From Candidatus Palauibacter sp. (GTDB taxonomy: Bacteria; Gemmatimonadota; Gemmatimonadetes; Palauibacterales; Palauibacteraceae): a stretch of 64,000 nucleotides of DNA. Below, in pieces: positions 30,882-41,272 of this stretch (its first letter is position 1; the number at the start of each line of letters is the position of its first letter). The notes under the pieces were generated by a model, which worked only from the letters and a program-made list of their open reading frames with translations, searched no databases and had not been told where the DNA came from. The DNA is taken from assembly GCF_965221685.1 (NCBI RefSeq), contig NZ_OZ244907.1. One strand, given 5' to 3'. The position numbers and the translations under genes are program-made.

Positions 30882-32294
30882 GTGGGTCGCGCCACGGTTG
30901 TCCTCCACGGCCATTTCTACCAGCCGCCGCGGGAGGACCCGTGGACGGACCGGGTCCGTCGCGAGCCGAGTGCGGCTCCGTTCGAGAACTGGAACGAACG
31001 AATCGCGTCGGAATGCTACGAACCTCTGGCGCGGGCGGGGGCGTTCGACTGGCTGAGCTTCGACCTCGGCCCGACGCTCGCGCGCTGGCTCGAGGGGGAG
31101 CACCCCGACATCCACGAGCGCTTCGTCGGCGGGGACCGGGCGAGCCGCGATCGGCTGGGGCACGGCAACGCGGTCGCGCAGCCTTACCACCACATCATCC
31201 TTCCGCTCGCCTCCCGCCACGAGAAGGAAACGGAGGTGCGCTGGGGTCTCCGGGACTTCGAGCGGCGCTTCGGGCGGTGCGCCGAGGGCATGTGGCTCCC
31301 GGAGACGGCCGTCGACATGGCCACGCTCGAAGTGCTGGCGGCGGAGGGCGTGGCCTTCACGATCCTGGCCCCGCACCAGGTCGCGGACGCCCCGGACGGA
31401 GGCATCGGGCGGGTCCGCCTCGGTGAGGGCCGGGAGATCGCGGTCTTCATCTACGACGGCGAGCTCTCGCACGGCGTGGCGTTCGGGGCTCTGCTCGACG
31501 GCCGCGACGCGTGGTTCGAGGCGCTGCGGTCGGCCGCGGGCCGCGGGGTTCCCCTCGTGGCGCTGGCGACGGATGGCGAGACGTTCGGACACCACCACGG
31601 GGGCGCTGACCGCGCGCTAATGCAGGTGATCTCCCGCGCCCGCCGGAGCGGAGACGTGAAGATCGGGAACTTCGCCTCGGCGCTCGCGGCCGCGGGCGAA
31701 GTGCCGTTCGTGACTCTGAAGGAGCCCACTTCCTGGAGCTGCGCACATGGCGTGGAGCGCTGGCGCTCGGCGTGCGGGTGCCGGATGGCGCCTCACCTGG
31801 ATTCACAGCAGCACTGGCGGAGGCCGCTTCGCGAGGCGTTCGAGACGCTCGCCGCGAGCCTGGACGAGGCTTTCGCGATCCTCGCGCCGGGCCGGTTGTC
31901 GGAGCCCCGGCAGGCGCTGGCCGCCCTGGGAGGCGCCCTCGGCGACCCTGCGGGGCTGGAGGGTTTTGCGGCCCGGGTCGCCCGCGAAGGCCGCCGGGAC
32001 GACGTGTTGTCCCTCCTCGAACTCGCCCGCGACCGGGCGGCGATGTTCACCTCATGCGCCTGGTTCTTTGACGATGTGGCGGGGATCGAGGCCACGCAGG
32101 TGCTCGCCTACGCCGCGCACGCCATCGACCGCCTGCGTCGGCTCTCACCGGAGCGCGCGGAGGCATCGGAGGCCGCCTTCATCGCGGATCTCGCGAAGGC
32201 CCCGGCCAATGACGCCGATCTCGCGAACGCCGCGGTCGCGTACGAGCGCGCGTTCAGATCGGGGGCCGGCGTCCGCATCCCGGCGGACGCGTGA
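30882..32294 (+). CDS. GH57-related protein (DUF3536-type)
   Basis: N-terminus VVLHGHFYQPPREDPW and GH57-like catalytic region (MWLPETAV ... ATDGETFGHHH). GTG 30882 start; no ATG nearby. Confidence 0.6.
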   Translation: MGRATVVLHGHFYQPPREDPWTDRVRREPSAAPFENWNERIASECYEPLARAGAFDWLSFDLGPTLARWLEGEHPDIHERFVGGDRASRDRLGHGNAVAQPYHHIILPLASRHEKETEVRWGLRDFERRFGRCAEGMWLPETAVDMATLEVLAAEGVAFTILAPHQVADAPDGGIGRVRLGEGREIAVFIYDGELSHGVAFGALLDGRDAWFEALRSAAGRGVPLVALATDGETFGHHHGGADRALMQVISRARRSGDVKIGNFASALAAAGEVPFVTLKEPTSWSCAHGVERWRSACGCRMAPHLDSQQHWRRPLREAFETLAASLDEAFAILAPGRLSEPRQALAALGGALGDPAGLEGFAARVAREGRRDDVLSLLELARDRAAMFTSCAWFFDDVAGIEATQVLAYAAHAIDRLRRLSPERAEASEAAFIADLAKAPANDADLANAAVAYERAFRSGAGVRIPADA

Positions 32295-34282
32295 GTCGAG
32301 GCTCGCTCCGTTTTGCGTTCGCGATTCACCTTCACCAGCCGGTGGGGAACTTCGACCATGTGTTCGAGGACCACCTGACGGGGGTGTACCGGCCCCTCCT
32401 CGATGCGCTCCACGCACACGGCACATACCCGATCACGCTCCACGTCTCGGGTCCCCTCCTCGACTGGCTCGAGCGCCACGCGCCCGACTTCCTCGACGAT
32501 CTCGGGGCACGGGCCGGGCGCGGCCAGATCGAGTTCCTCGCCTCCGGACGCTACGAGCCCATCCTCGCGGCGCTCCCGGCGGCGGACCGAGTGGAGCAGA
32601 TCGAATGGATGCGGACGGATCTCCGCAGCCGGTTCGGCGTCGAGGCTACCGGCCTCTGGCTCACGGAACGCGTCTGGGAACCCGATCTCGCTGCCGATCT
32701 GGCACGCGCGGGCATCGAACACACGCTCCTCGATGACCGTCACTTCCTCGCCTGCGGACTCGAGCGCGAGGAGCTGGACGGCGTCTTCACGACGGAGAGC
32801 GGCGGGAAGCGGATCCGCCTCCTTCCGATCGACGAACGGCTTCGGTACCTGATCCCTTTCCGGCCCGCGAACGAGATCGTGGAGTTCTTCGGCGACGAGC
32901 GTCGGGCAGGTCGCGGTCAACTCGTGCTCGGCGACGACGGCGAGAAATTCGGCGGCTGGCCGGACACCCGCGAGTGGGTGCACGGCGGCTGGCTGGACGC
33001 GTTCCTCGATGCGCTGAACGCGGGGCGCGAGCGGGGTGAGCTGGAGTTGGTCACGACCCGCGAGGCAGCCTCCGGACCGAACCGCGGGCTCGTCTATCCC
33101 GCGACGGGCGCATACCGCGAGATGGAGGAATGGACCCTCCCCCGATCCGCCGCGCGGCGCCTGGCGCGGCTTGTCGTCACGGCACCCGGCCGAGACGGCG
33201 ACGATCCGCTGATGCGCGGCGGACACTGGAAGGGTTTCCTGCGTCGATACCCCGAGTCGAACCGCATGCACAAGACGGCGCTCCGGCTCTCCGCGACATG
33301 CCGGGACCGCGGCAACCCCGCCGCGGCCCGCCGCGCCATCGCGCGGGCACAGTGCAACGATGCGTATTGGCACGGAGTCTTCGGCGGGGTCTACCTTCCA
33401 CACCTGCGCCGGGCGATCTGGCGCGAACTCGCCGCGGCCGAGGAGCGGCTGCGCGAGGGAGAAGGCATCGCGTTCGAGATTCTCGACTTCGATTTGGACG
33501 GCCATGACGAGATCTGGATCCATTCGGCCCGGAGTTCCGTCGTGATCAGCCCCGCACGCGGGGGCGCGGCCGAGATTCTCACGGTCTTCCGGGACGGCGT
33601 GAACTACGTCGACGTCCTCTCCCGCCGCCTCGAGGCTTACCACCGGGACCCCTCGGAGTCCGGCGCGACGCATGTGAGAGACGGAGGGGCGACCCCCGGG
33701 GCGCGAACCCGGAGCGACGGCGTCGCCTCGGTCCACGACCGGGAATCCGAAGCCCCGGCCGCCCCCGCTCCGGACGGCGCCCCTCTGGCCTTGCTGCAGG
33801 AGATCGCCCTCGAACCGCCCGGCAGCCCGGGAATACCGGAACGGTCCATCGTCGTGGATTGGCGGACGCACCCGTTCCGGCTCGCCCGCGTGCCGAATCT
33901 GGAGCCCGGCTCCGCGTCCGGCCGGATCCGTCTCCACCTCGAGTCCGAACCGGGTCTCCCCCGCCTCGAGAAGACGCTCGACGTTCACGTCGATGGGAGG
34001 ATCGAGGCGACGCTGGACTGGAGCGCGGCCGAGATCCCCGCGGACAGCCGGATCGTCACCCGGCTGCCGCTCGCGCACCCCATGAGGATCGAGACCATGG
34101 CGTCCGGGGGCGCACCGAGGGAGTCGCGCACGCGGATCGTCACGCTGGCCAGGTCCGAACGGGGCTTCGAGGAGATCGACCAGGGGGACCTCGTCGAACT
34201 CGCGTGGCCTGCGGAGGTCCGGAGGGCGCATGTCAGCCTGGCGCCGGACGTCGGCCCCGGTGGGGCCGGAGGTCCGGAATGA
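32291..34282 (+). CDS. GH57-family 4-alpha-glucanotransferase / alpha-amylase-like protein
   Basis: FAIHLHQPVGNF ... GQIEFLASGRYEPIL ... WLTERVWEP ... GDDGEKFGGWP. GTGA overlap with the upstream gene. Confidence 0.7.
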   Translation: MSRGSLRFAFAIHLHQPVGNFDHVFEDHLTGVYRPLLDALHAHGTYPITLHVSGPLLDWLERHAPDFLDDLGARAGRGQIEFLASGRYEPILAALPAADRVEQIEWMRTDLRSRFGVEATGLWLTERVWEPDLAADLARAGIEHTLLDDRHFLACGLEREELDGVFTTESGGKRIRLLPIDERLRYLIPFRPANEIVEFFGDERRAGRGQLVLGDDGEKFGGWPDTREWVHGGWLDAFLDALNAGRERGELELVTTREAASGPNRGLVYPATGAYREMEEWTLPRSAARRLARLVVTAPGRDGDDPLMRGGHWKGFLRRYPESNRMHKTALRLSATCRDRGNPAAARRAIARAQCNDAYWHGVFGGVYLPHLRRAIWRELAAAEERLREGEGIAFEILDFDLDGHDEIWIHSARSSVVISPARGGAAEILTVFRDGVNYVDVLSRRLEAYHRDPSESGATHVRDGGATPGARTRSDGVASVHDRESEAPAAPAPDGAPLALLQEIALEPPGSPGIPERSIVVDWRTHPFRLARVPNLEPGSASGRIRLHLESEPGLPRLEKTLDVHVDGRIEATLDWSAAEIPADSRIVTRLPLAHPMRIETMASGGAPRESRTRIVTLARSERGFEEIDQGDLVELAWPAEVRRAHVSLAPDVGPGGAGGPE

Positions 34283-35664
34283 ACCGGCGGCGACGGAGCG
34301 ATCCGCGGCGGTTCGTCCTCCTGGCCGTCCTGGCCGCCGCCTGCGGAGAAGCCGAGACCGTGGCGCCGGCCGAGACGGGACCGGCATCCATCGTCGTCCT
34401 TGCGGGCGCGGATCAGCGCGGAGTTCCCGCGCGCCCCCCGGCCGAGGCCATCACCGTTCGGGTTCTCGACGCCGAGGGACGTCCGGTCGGCGGCAGCACC
34501 GTCACCTTCCAGCCGGAGCCCGGTCACGGAAGCGCGGATCCGGCTTCGACCGTCGCGGACGCCGGCGGCGAGGCGGCGACGACGTGGACGCTCGGGGCCA
34601 CTCCGGGGCCCCAGCGCCTCGCGGTTGCGGCCGGTCGGGCCGGCGCCACGGTTCGCGCCGAGGCGATCGATCTCGATGCCGAACTCGATGCGCTGTTCGC
34701 TCCCCCGTCGGCGGCGGAGATCGAAGCCGTGCGAGTCGACTGGGCGCAACGTGACATATCAGCGGCCGAGGTCTCGGTCGAACTGACCGAGGAGATGGCG
34801 TTCGGCGAGTCGACCGCTACGCTGCGAATCGTCTCCCACGTCGTGGCGGGCGCCCGCCACTTCGGCGCCATCATCGTGCCGGACGGCGCGGCGCCCGAAA
34901 CGCTGCCGCTCCTGATGTACTCTCACGGCGGCGATGGCGGGGTATCGGTCGACGACATCGAGATCGTGGCGCTGGCCCTCGGGGAGCGGAGCCGTCGCTT
35001 CGTATACGTGATCCCGTCGTTCCGCAGCGAACCGCTGCGATACGAGGGCCGGAGCTGGGTGTCGGAGGGTCCCTCGGGTCACTGGGACTACGACGTCGAC
35101 GATGCGCTGGCGCTCGCGAATGTCGCGTTCGAGACGACGCCGGAAGCCAGGCCCGACGCCATCCACATTATCGGCGGCAGTCGGGGGGCCGGCGTCGCCC
35201 TGCTCGCGGGAGCGCGCGACGAGCGGGTGGAGCGGATCGTGGCGTTCTTCGGGCCGACGGACTTCTTCGATGACTGGATCAGGGTCATCGCCTGGAAGAC
35301 CGCGCTCGACGGCCCCTGGGATCTGCCCGGGCTCATCCACCTCGACTCCACCGTCGTGCAGCCGCTGGTCCGGGGCACGCTCTCCTCCTCCGAGGCGCGT
35401 CTCGAGCTCGTGCGCCGATCCGCCGTCCTCTTCGCCGCCGACCTTCCCGCCGTCCAGGTGCATCACGGCACCGCGGACTTCGTCGTGCCCGTGAGCCAGG
35501 CGGAGTCGCTGATGCGAACGATGGCGGCTCTCGGCCGCACGCCTCCCGACTTCGAGGCGTTCCTCTACGAGGGAGGCGGGCACGATTTCCTCGCCCTGCC
35601 CGGAGCCATTCCCCGGGCGGTCGAGTTCATGTCGGAGGCACTGCAGCCGAAAGGAAACCCGTAA
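34279..35664 (+). CDS. Lipoprotein with Ig-like N-terminal domain and alpha/beta-hydrolase (S9/dienelactone-hydrolase-like) C-terminal domain
   Basis: Lipobox LAAAC after MNRRRRSDPRRFVLLAV. Ig-like beta-rich region. IIGGSRGAGV nucleophile elbow and a late HHGTADFVVP His block. ATGA overlap with the upstream GH57 gene. Confidence 0.6.
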   Translation: MNRRRRSDPRRFVLLAVLAAACGEAETVAPAETGPASIVVLAGADQRGVPARPPAEAITVRVLDAEGRPVGGSTVTFQPEPGHGSADPASTVADAGGEAATTWTLGATPGPQRLAVAAGRAGATVRAEAIDLDAELDALFAPPSAAEIEAVRVDWAQRDISAAEVSVELTEEMAFGESTATLRIVSHVVAGARHFGAIIVPDGAAPETLPLLMYSHGGDGGVSVDDIEIVALALGERSRRFVYVIPSFRSEPLRYEGRSWVSEGPSGHWDYDVDDALALANVAFETTPEARPDAIHIIGGSRGAGVALLAGARDERVERIVAFFGPTDFFDDWIRVIAWKTALDGPWDLPGLIHLDSTVVQPLVRGTLSSSEARLELVRRSAVLFAADLPAVQVHHGTADFVVPVSQAESLMRTMAALGRTPPDFEAFLYEGGGHDFLALPGAIPRAVEFMSEALQPKGNP

Positions 35665-35666
35665 GG

Positions 35667-36164
35667 ATGAGAACCCGGATCGCCCACACCATCGAGATCT
35701 TCGAAGCCGCGCGTAAACCTCTGTTCACCGTGCTCGACGGGATCTCGCGCGAGGATCTCGACTGGCAGCCCGCGGAAGGGATGCGCGGGATCGGGAAGAT
35801 CTGCCGCCACATGTACCGCGTGGACGTCTGGTTCCTGAAACAACTCGGCATCACGCCCGTGATCGCAGAAGATGGTCCGGGTCCGGCCAAGGAGATCGCG
35901 GCGCGCATGAAAACGATTCAGGGTCAGATCGTATCCGAAGTGGACGCGTGCGGGAGCGACGCGGATCTCGTCGCCGAGCGTACCTCTCCGGATGGAAAGA
36001 TGACCCTCAGGCTGGGGGCAACCGTCATCCATATCGCGCAGCATTATCTGTACCACCTCGCGCAGATCACGTACCTGCGCCGCATCCGCGACCCGGAGTG
36101 GTCCGCGCCGCTGGACGAGTGGGAGACCGCCACCCACATCATCGAGGACCGGATTCTGGAATAG
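35667..36164 (+). CDS. DinB/YfiT-like (DinB_2) four-helix-bundle metal-dependent hydrolase family protein
   Basis: Conserved His pattern (CRHMYRVDVWFL ... HIAQHYLYHLAQI), 165 aa. Confidence 0.65.
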   Translation: MRTRIAHTIEIFEAARKPLFTVLDGISREDLDWQPAEGMRGIGKICRHMYRVDVWFLKQLGITPVIAEDGPGPAKEIAARMKTIQGQIVSEVDACGSDADLVAERTSPDGKMTLRLGATVIHIAQHYLYHLAQITYLRRIRDPEWSAPLDEWETATHIIEDRILE

Positions 36165-36203
36165 CCGGGACCCGATCCACCGACCCCGAACGGGGAGGCC
36201 GGG

Positions 36204-37109
36204 ATGTCCGTCATACCACAGAGACCCCTGGGGTTCGGCGAGATACTGGATGGCGCCATCCAGTTCTACCGACGCGACTTCGGACTCTACTTCCTCATCG
36301 CCCTCGTGGGCGCCCTCCCGGGGTACGCCATGCTGCTCGCCCTCGGGACGCCCGGCACGGGCCTCGACCCCTCGGGCGCGCCGGCGGTCGGCGAACTCGG
36401 ATTCGACATGGCGATCGTGTTCCCGGCGGCGGCCCTCTCGTGGGTGGGGACGCTCGCGGTCGCCGTCGCCATGGCCGCCCGTCTGGAGGGGGGTTCGGCT
36501 TCGCTCGAGAGCGCGTACCGCGGAGCGCTCCGCCCCTTCCCGAGCGCGGCCGGCGGGCACCTGCTCGCCCTGCTGATCGCGGTCATCGCGGGTCTGGTCA
36601 TCATGGTCCCGGTCATGGTCGCGGGTGCCGCCGCGATCGCGACCCTGGACAGTTTCATCGCGGGGATGACCGTCTTCGGGCTCACGGGCCTCGCGGCCGC
36701 GCTCGTCGTACTGGCGATCTGGTTCCGCACCTCGTTCGCGGTCTTCCCGGCCGTGCTCCTGGAGGGGCGTAACGCCGCGGAGGCGGTGCGCCGCTCGCTC
36801 AAGCTCGGGAAGGGGGCCTGGCTACGGATCCTCGGGGTCATGCTCGTCGCCTCCATCATCCGCGATGGTCCCTCCTTCGGCATCTTCGCGCTCTTCGGAG
36901 GGTTCGAGATGTTCACGTCGCCCACGACGGCGGGCACGCTGAGTCCCGGTCTTCAGGCCGTACAGAACACCCTGAACCTGCTGATCGGATCGTTCACCAA
37001 ACCTTTCCTCGTGGCGACCGTGTTTCTCCTCTATCACGATCGGCGGGTGCGTCTGGAAGCCGCTGACCTGGAGACGGCCGCGGCGGCGATGGCAACGGAC
37101 GAAGGGTGA
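36204..37109 (+). CDS. Multi-pass membrane protein, first gene of the DUF4129/DUF4350/MoxR/DUF58 module
   Basis: 6-7 hydrophobic helices. GGGAGG SD before ATG 36204. Confidence 0.55.
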   Translation: MSVIPQRPLGFGEILDGAIQFYRRDFGLYFLIALVGALPGYAMLLALGTPGTGLDPSGAPAVGELGFDMAIVFPAAALSWVGTLAVAVAMAARLEGGSASLESAYRGALRPFPSAAGGHLLALLIAVIAGLVIMVPVMVAGAAAIATLDSFIAGMTVFGLTGLAAALVVLAIWFRTSFAVFPAVLLEGRNAAEAVRRSLKLGKGAWLRILGVMLVASIIRDGPSFGIFALFGGFEMFTSPTTAGTLSPGLQAVQNTLNLLIGSFTKPFLVATVFLLYHDRRVRLEAADLETAAAAMATDEG

Positions 37110-37798
37110 CTCGACTCGCCGATCGTGCGGTCCTTCCAGCCGGGCAGGAGCCGTCGCCCGCCGGCGAACCCCTCCCTTTGCCGGACGAGATGTCCGCTGC
37201 GTGGCGGGAGATCCTCGCCGATCCCGAGTTCGTCTCCCCTCTCCTTCCGGCGCGACGGCGGATCTTCGAATGGATCGCCAATACGCTCTCCGACGCGTGG
37301 GATTGGCTGCGGCGATTCCTGTTCGAAGAGGGCGGCGGGCTCATGGAGGTGATGGCCGTCCTCGTGGTCCTGGCCGCGCTCGTCGCGCTGGGGGCGGTGG
37401 CCCTGCGTCACGGGCCGCGGTGGGTGCACAGGGTGCGGGGGACGGGGGACGAGGGGCCGGAGGACGACGGCGCGCCCGTTTCGGCGCGCGAATGGTTGGT
37501 CCTTGCCCGGACGCGCGCGGGTGAGGGAGAGTACCGACCTGCGGCGAGCGCGATGTATCAGGGTTTCCTCCTCACCCTCGACAGAAAGGGCTCGGTGGCG
37601 TTTCACCCGTCGAAGACGCCCGGCGACTACGCCCTCGAGATGGAAACCAGCGCCGGCCGCAACTTCATCCGTCATTTCCAGGGATTTTCCTTCGGTCAGG
37701 AGACGCCCACCCCCGCCGGCTATGCGGCCCTGGAGGATCTCGCGCGTGACGCGGGGTGTCCGACACCCGCATCCAGCGAGGAGGCCGAGTCATCGTGA
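37106..37798 (+). CDS. DUF4129 domain protein
   Basis: One TM helix, then REWLVLARTRAGEGEYRPAASAMYQGFLLTLDRKG...FHPSKTPGDYA, the DUF4129 signature. GTGA overlap upstream. Confidence 0.6.
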   Translation: MTRLADRAVLPAGQEPSPAGEPLPLPDEMSAAWREILADPEFVSPLLPARRRIFEWIANTLSDAWDWLRRFLFEEGGGLMEVMAVLVVLAALVALGAVALRHGPRWVHRVRGTGDEGPEDDGAPVSAREWLVLARTRAGEGEYRPAASAMYQGFLLTLDRKGSVAFHPSKTPGDYALEMETSAGRNFIRHFQGFSFGQETPTPAGYAALEDLARDAGCPTPASSEEAESS

Positions 37799-39009
37799 GC
37801 GGAGTCCGCAGGTTCAGGACGTTCGCGTGGATCGGGGCGATCGCGCTGGGGGCGGGACTCGCCGCGTACCTCGCCCGCCCCGCGGGACGCACGGCGCTCG
37901 ACGTGAAGCGGAGTTCCTTCCGGACGACGCCGGACGGAGTGGCCGCGTTCGACCGGGGGCTCGAACGATTCGGCCGCCCGACCGCGCCCCGCTTCACACC
38001 GCTGGCCGATGCCGATCCGGTTCCGGGGGCGCTCGTGCTGCTCTCGCCCGCCGTCGTCCCGAGCCCGGTGGAGGTACACGCTCTCCTGGAGCGGGTGCGC
38101 CGCGGCGGCACCCTCGTCTACGCGCCGCGACTGTCTCCGGCGATCGCAAGCACGCTACGGATCACGCCGCTGATGGATTCCCTGGGCATCGCGTTCCGCG
38201 TGCCCCGGCCCGGCGACCTGGAAGATCCGGAGTGGGCGGCCCACTCGCTGACTGACGGCCTGCCGGAGCCGGCGGCTCCGCGCCGCGCGCTCCGCCGCAT
38301 GACGTCCCGTGAACTCGGCGAGCGATCCGTTCCTCCCGTGCAATTGCTGCTCACGGTGGGGAGAGATCCGGACCGGAGATGGACGGGCGCCGGGCTCATG
38401 CCCTTCGGGGAGGGGCACATGATCGTCCTCAGCGATGCCGAGCCGCTCTCGAACGGCCGCATCGCCGACGATCCCCTGGCATTCGTCGTCATGCGGGCCG
38501 TGCTCACGCACACGACGCCGGCCGACACGATCTTCTTCGCCGAGTTCCACCAGGGCATCCGTGGCTACGAGAGCACGGCGCGGCGCTGGGCGGGCTTCGT
38601 CTTCGGCACGGCGCGGGGGCAGACTCTCCTCCAACTCCTCCTCGCCGCGTTTCTCGCGCTCGCGTGCGCAGGGCTGCGCTTCGGCACTCCGACGACGGCC
38701 GCGGCGCCGCGGGACCTCGAGCGAAGGTCTCCGCTCGAACACGTCTCGGCCCTCGGCGACCTGTACGAGAAGGCGCGAGCCCGGCGGACCGCCGCCCTCC
38801 TCCTCCTGGCGCGACTGGCCCGGAGCGTTCGGCGCCCTCCACCGAGGGACGTTGCCGAGGCCCGGGCTCTGATCCGCGAGCTGCAGGCCCGGCGGGGAGA
38901 GCAGCCCGCTCTGGCCCGGATCCAACGCGGCTTGCGCGCCGAACCGGTGGACCTGACGATGGTCGCCGCCGGAATCGACGACCACCTCGGACGAAGGGCG
39001 AAGTCATGA
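37795..39009 (+). CDS. DUF4350 domain protein (membrane-anchored)
   Basis: N-terminal TM helix, periplasmic domain, second TM helix ([17 protein letters not shown]), C-terminal helical tail. Genomic position between DUF4129 and MoxR. GTGA overlap upstream. Confidence 0.55.
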   Translation: MSGVRRFRTFAWIGAIALGAGLAAYLARPAGRTALDVKRSSFRTTPDGVAAFDRGLERFGRPTAPRFTPLADADPVPGALVLLSPAVVPSPVEVHALLERVRRGGTLVYAPRLSPAIASTLRITPLMDSLGIAFRVPRPGDLEDPEWAAHSLTDGLPEPAAPRRALRRMTSRELGERSVPPVQLLLTVGRDPDRRWTGAGLMPFGEGHMIVLSDAEPLSNGRIADDPLAFVVMRAVLTHTTPADTIFFAEFHQGIRGYESTARRWAGFVFGTARGQTLLQLLLAAFLALACAGLRFGTPTTAAAPRDLERRSPLEHVSALGDLYEKARARRTAALLLLARLARSVRRPPPRDVAEARALIRELQARRGEQPALARIQRGLRAEPVDLTMVAAGIDDHLGRRAKS

Positions 39010-39953
39010 CGACGCACGACGCGGCGCTGCGTCTGCTGGGCGACATCGAGAAGGTGATCCTGGGCCAGGAGACCGTCCTCCGACAGCTGATGATCACCCT
39101 CCTCGCCCGTGGCCATGCTCTGCTCGAGGGCGTGCCGGGGACGGCCAAGACGCTCTCCGTCCGTGCCCTCGGCCGCGGGCTTGGGCTCGACTTCGGCCGC
39201 GTCCAGTTCACCCCCGATCTCATGCCCACGGATCTCGTCGGCGTGAGCGTGCTGGACGAGACCCAGCGGAACTTCCGCTACCGGCCCGGTCCCGTGTTCA
39301 CCGACCTCCTCCTGGCCGATGAGATCAACCGCGCGCCGCCCAAGACCCAGGCGGCGCTGCTGGAGGCGATGGAGGAGCGCCAGGTCACCGTCGACGGCGC
39401 CACGCGGGCCCTGCCCGCGCCGTTCACGGTCTTCGCGACCCAGAATCCGGTCGAATACGAGGGGACCTATCCGCTCCCGGAGGCGCAGGTCGACCGCTTC
39501 CTGATGAAGATCGTGATCGACTATCCGCCGGAGGAGGCGGAGCGGGCGATTCTCGACCGCCACGAGGGGGGGTTCCGGGCGGACGACGAGACGACGTATC
39601 CGATGGGCAAGCCGCTGACGCGCGAGGCGCTCCTTGCGGCGCGGGACGCGGTGGACGGCGTTCACATGGACGAGAGGGTCCGGCGCTATGTAACCGGGAT
39701 CGTGCGGGCGACCCGGGACGACCAGGCCTTCGCGCTGGGGGCGAGCCCCCGCGCGGGCGTGGCCCTCTTCCAGGCCGCGAGAGCAGAGGCGTTTCTGCAC
39801 GGCCGGGACTTTGTGACGCCGGACGACGTGAAGTCGCTCTCGTTCCCCGTGCTGCGGCATCGCGTCGTGTTGACCGCCGAGGCGGAGGTCGAAGGACGTT
39901 CTTCGGACGACGAACTGCGGGCGCTCCTCGAGACGCTGGAGGCGCCCCGATAA
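39006..39953 (+). CDS. MoxR-family AAA+ ATPase
   Basis: Walker A GVPGTAKT, Walker [11 protein letters not shown], sensor/arginine finger and C-terminal lid ([17 protein letters not shown]). ATGA overlap with DUF4350. Confidence 0.9.
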   Translation: MTTHDAALRLLGDIEKVILGQETVLRQLMITLLARGHALLEGVPGTAKTLSVRALGRGLGLDFGRVQFTPDLMPTDLVGVSVLDETQRNFRYRPGPVFTDLLLADEINRAPPKTQAALLEAMEERQVTVDGATRALPAPFTVFATQNPVEYEGTYPLPEAQVDRFLMKIVIDYPPEEAERAILDRHEGGFRADDETTYPMGKPLTREALLAARDAVDGVHMDERVRRYVTGIVRATRDDQAFALGASPRAGVALFQAARAEAFLHGRDFVTPDDVKSLSFPVLRHRVVLTAEAEVEGRSSDDELRALLETLEAPR

Positions 39954-39964
39954 TCCGCGTCGCG

Positions 39965-41272
39965 GTGGTCCCCGGCGGGCGGACCCTGTGGCTGCTGGGG
40001 CTGACCTCGTTCGTCTTCCTGTTTTCGGCGGCGGGCGCCCTGGCGGCGGACGCCGTCATCCTCCTCCTGGCCTGGATCGACGGTCGGCGGACGCGGCCTC
40101 CGTCGGTCTCCCGCACGGTGCCGCGCATCGCCGCGCTCGGCGAGATCACAGAGGTCGGCCTCGACGTGGTCAACCCGACGAACCGGCGGCTCTCCGTCCT
40201 CCTCACCGACGACCTCGATCCCTCCCTCCGCCGGGTCCCCGGGCGCGACGGGAACGAAGCGTGGGAGAGGGGCGTGCGGCTGGAGATCCCCCCCGCTTCC
40301 GTCGTGCACACCCGCTACAGGATGCGGCCGCGCACGCGCGGATTCCTCGCCATGGGCGCGACTCACCTGCGCACCCGCTCGCCGTGGGGGTTCGCGTGGC
40401 GGCGTTCCACCGTGGACGCGGCGCACACGCTGCAGGTGCAACCCGGGATCCGGAGCCTGTTGCGGGACCGCAGCGGCCACGCGCTCCGGCGCGGCCTCCG
40501 CACGGCCGGCTCTCGCCGCAGCCGGCAGTGGGGCGACGGCCGCGAGTTCGAAAGTCTGCGCGACTACGCCGAGGGGGATGACCCCCGCATCGTCGACTGG
40601 AAGGCGTCGGCGAGACGCCAGCGCTTCGTCGTCCGCAACTACGAAGCGGAACGCAGCCAGAACGTCGTCCTCGCGATCGACGCGGGCCGCCACATGCGCG
40701 AGCGGCTGGGCGATCGGGAACGGGTGGATTTTGCCCTGGCGGCGGGCATGATGCTCGCCAACCGCGCGCAGAGCTTCGGGGACCACGTCGGAACCGTGGT
40801 GTTCGACGACGAGATCCGGCATCTGTCGCCGCCCCGTCGATCCGATCCGGCGGCGCTCGCCCGGATCTTCGCCGGCGTGGAGACCCGGCCGGTCGAGCCC
40901 AACTACCCGCTCGCGCTCGCTACGTTGAGCCGGACGTTCCGGAAGCGGTCGCTCGTCATCCTCTTCTGCGACGTGATCGACGAGGCCGTCTCGAAGGCGC
41001 TCGTGACCTCGCTGGCCCGGATCGGGCGGGCACACCTCCCGCTGGCCGTCGCCATCCGCAACCCGGCCCTCGAGGTGGCCGCGACGCAGCCCGCCGCGGA
41101 TGAGGCCGCGGTCTTTCATCGCGCCGCCGCGGAGGAACTCGTGCAGTCGCGCGCCACGACGCTTCAGGTCATGCGCCAGTCGGGAATCCTCGTCGTGGAC
41201 ACCCCGCCCGGCGACGCGCTCGTGCGCACGCTGGACAAGTACGTCGAGATCAAGGAGCGGGGACTGCTCTGA
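39965..41272 (+). CDS. DUF58 (vWA-like) domain protein, MoxR partner
   Basis: N-terminal TM helices, then GDGREFESLRDYAEGDDPRIVDWKASAR and VLAIDAGRHM (vWA/MIDAS-like). Confidence 0.75.
   Translation: MVPGGRTLWLLGLTSFVFLFSAAGALAADAVILLLAWIDGRRTRPPSVSRTVPRIAALGEITEVGLDVVNPTNRRLSVLLTDDLDPSLRRVPGRDGNEAWERGVRLEIPPASVVHTRYRMRPRTRGFLAMGATHLRTRSPWGFAWRRSTVDAAHTLQVQPGIRSLLRDRSGHALRRGLRTAGSRRSRQWGDGREFESLRDYAEGDDPRIVDWKASARRQRFVVRNYEAERSQNVVLAIDAGRHMRERLGDRERVDFALAAGMMLANRAQSFGDHVGTVVFDDEIRHLSPPRRSDPAALARIFAGVETRPVEPNYPLALATLSRTFRKRSLVILFCDVIDEAVSKALVTSLARIGRAHLPLAVAIRNPALEVAATQPAADEAAVFHRAAAEELVQSRATTLQVMRQSGILVVDTPPGDALVRTLDKYVEIKERGLL

Noticed and set aside
28245-32294. 1349-aa plus-strand ORF
   Set aside because: Antisense shadow of glgB and out-of-frame read-through of glgA fused to the genuine GH57 gene (30882..32294). 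The composition is low-complexity Arg/Gly/Pro.
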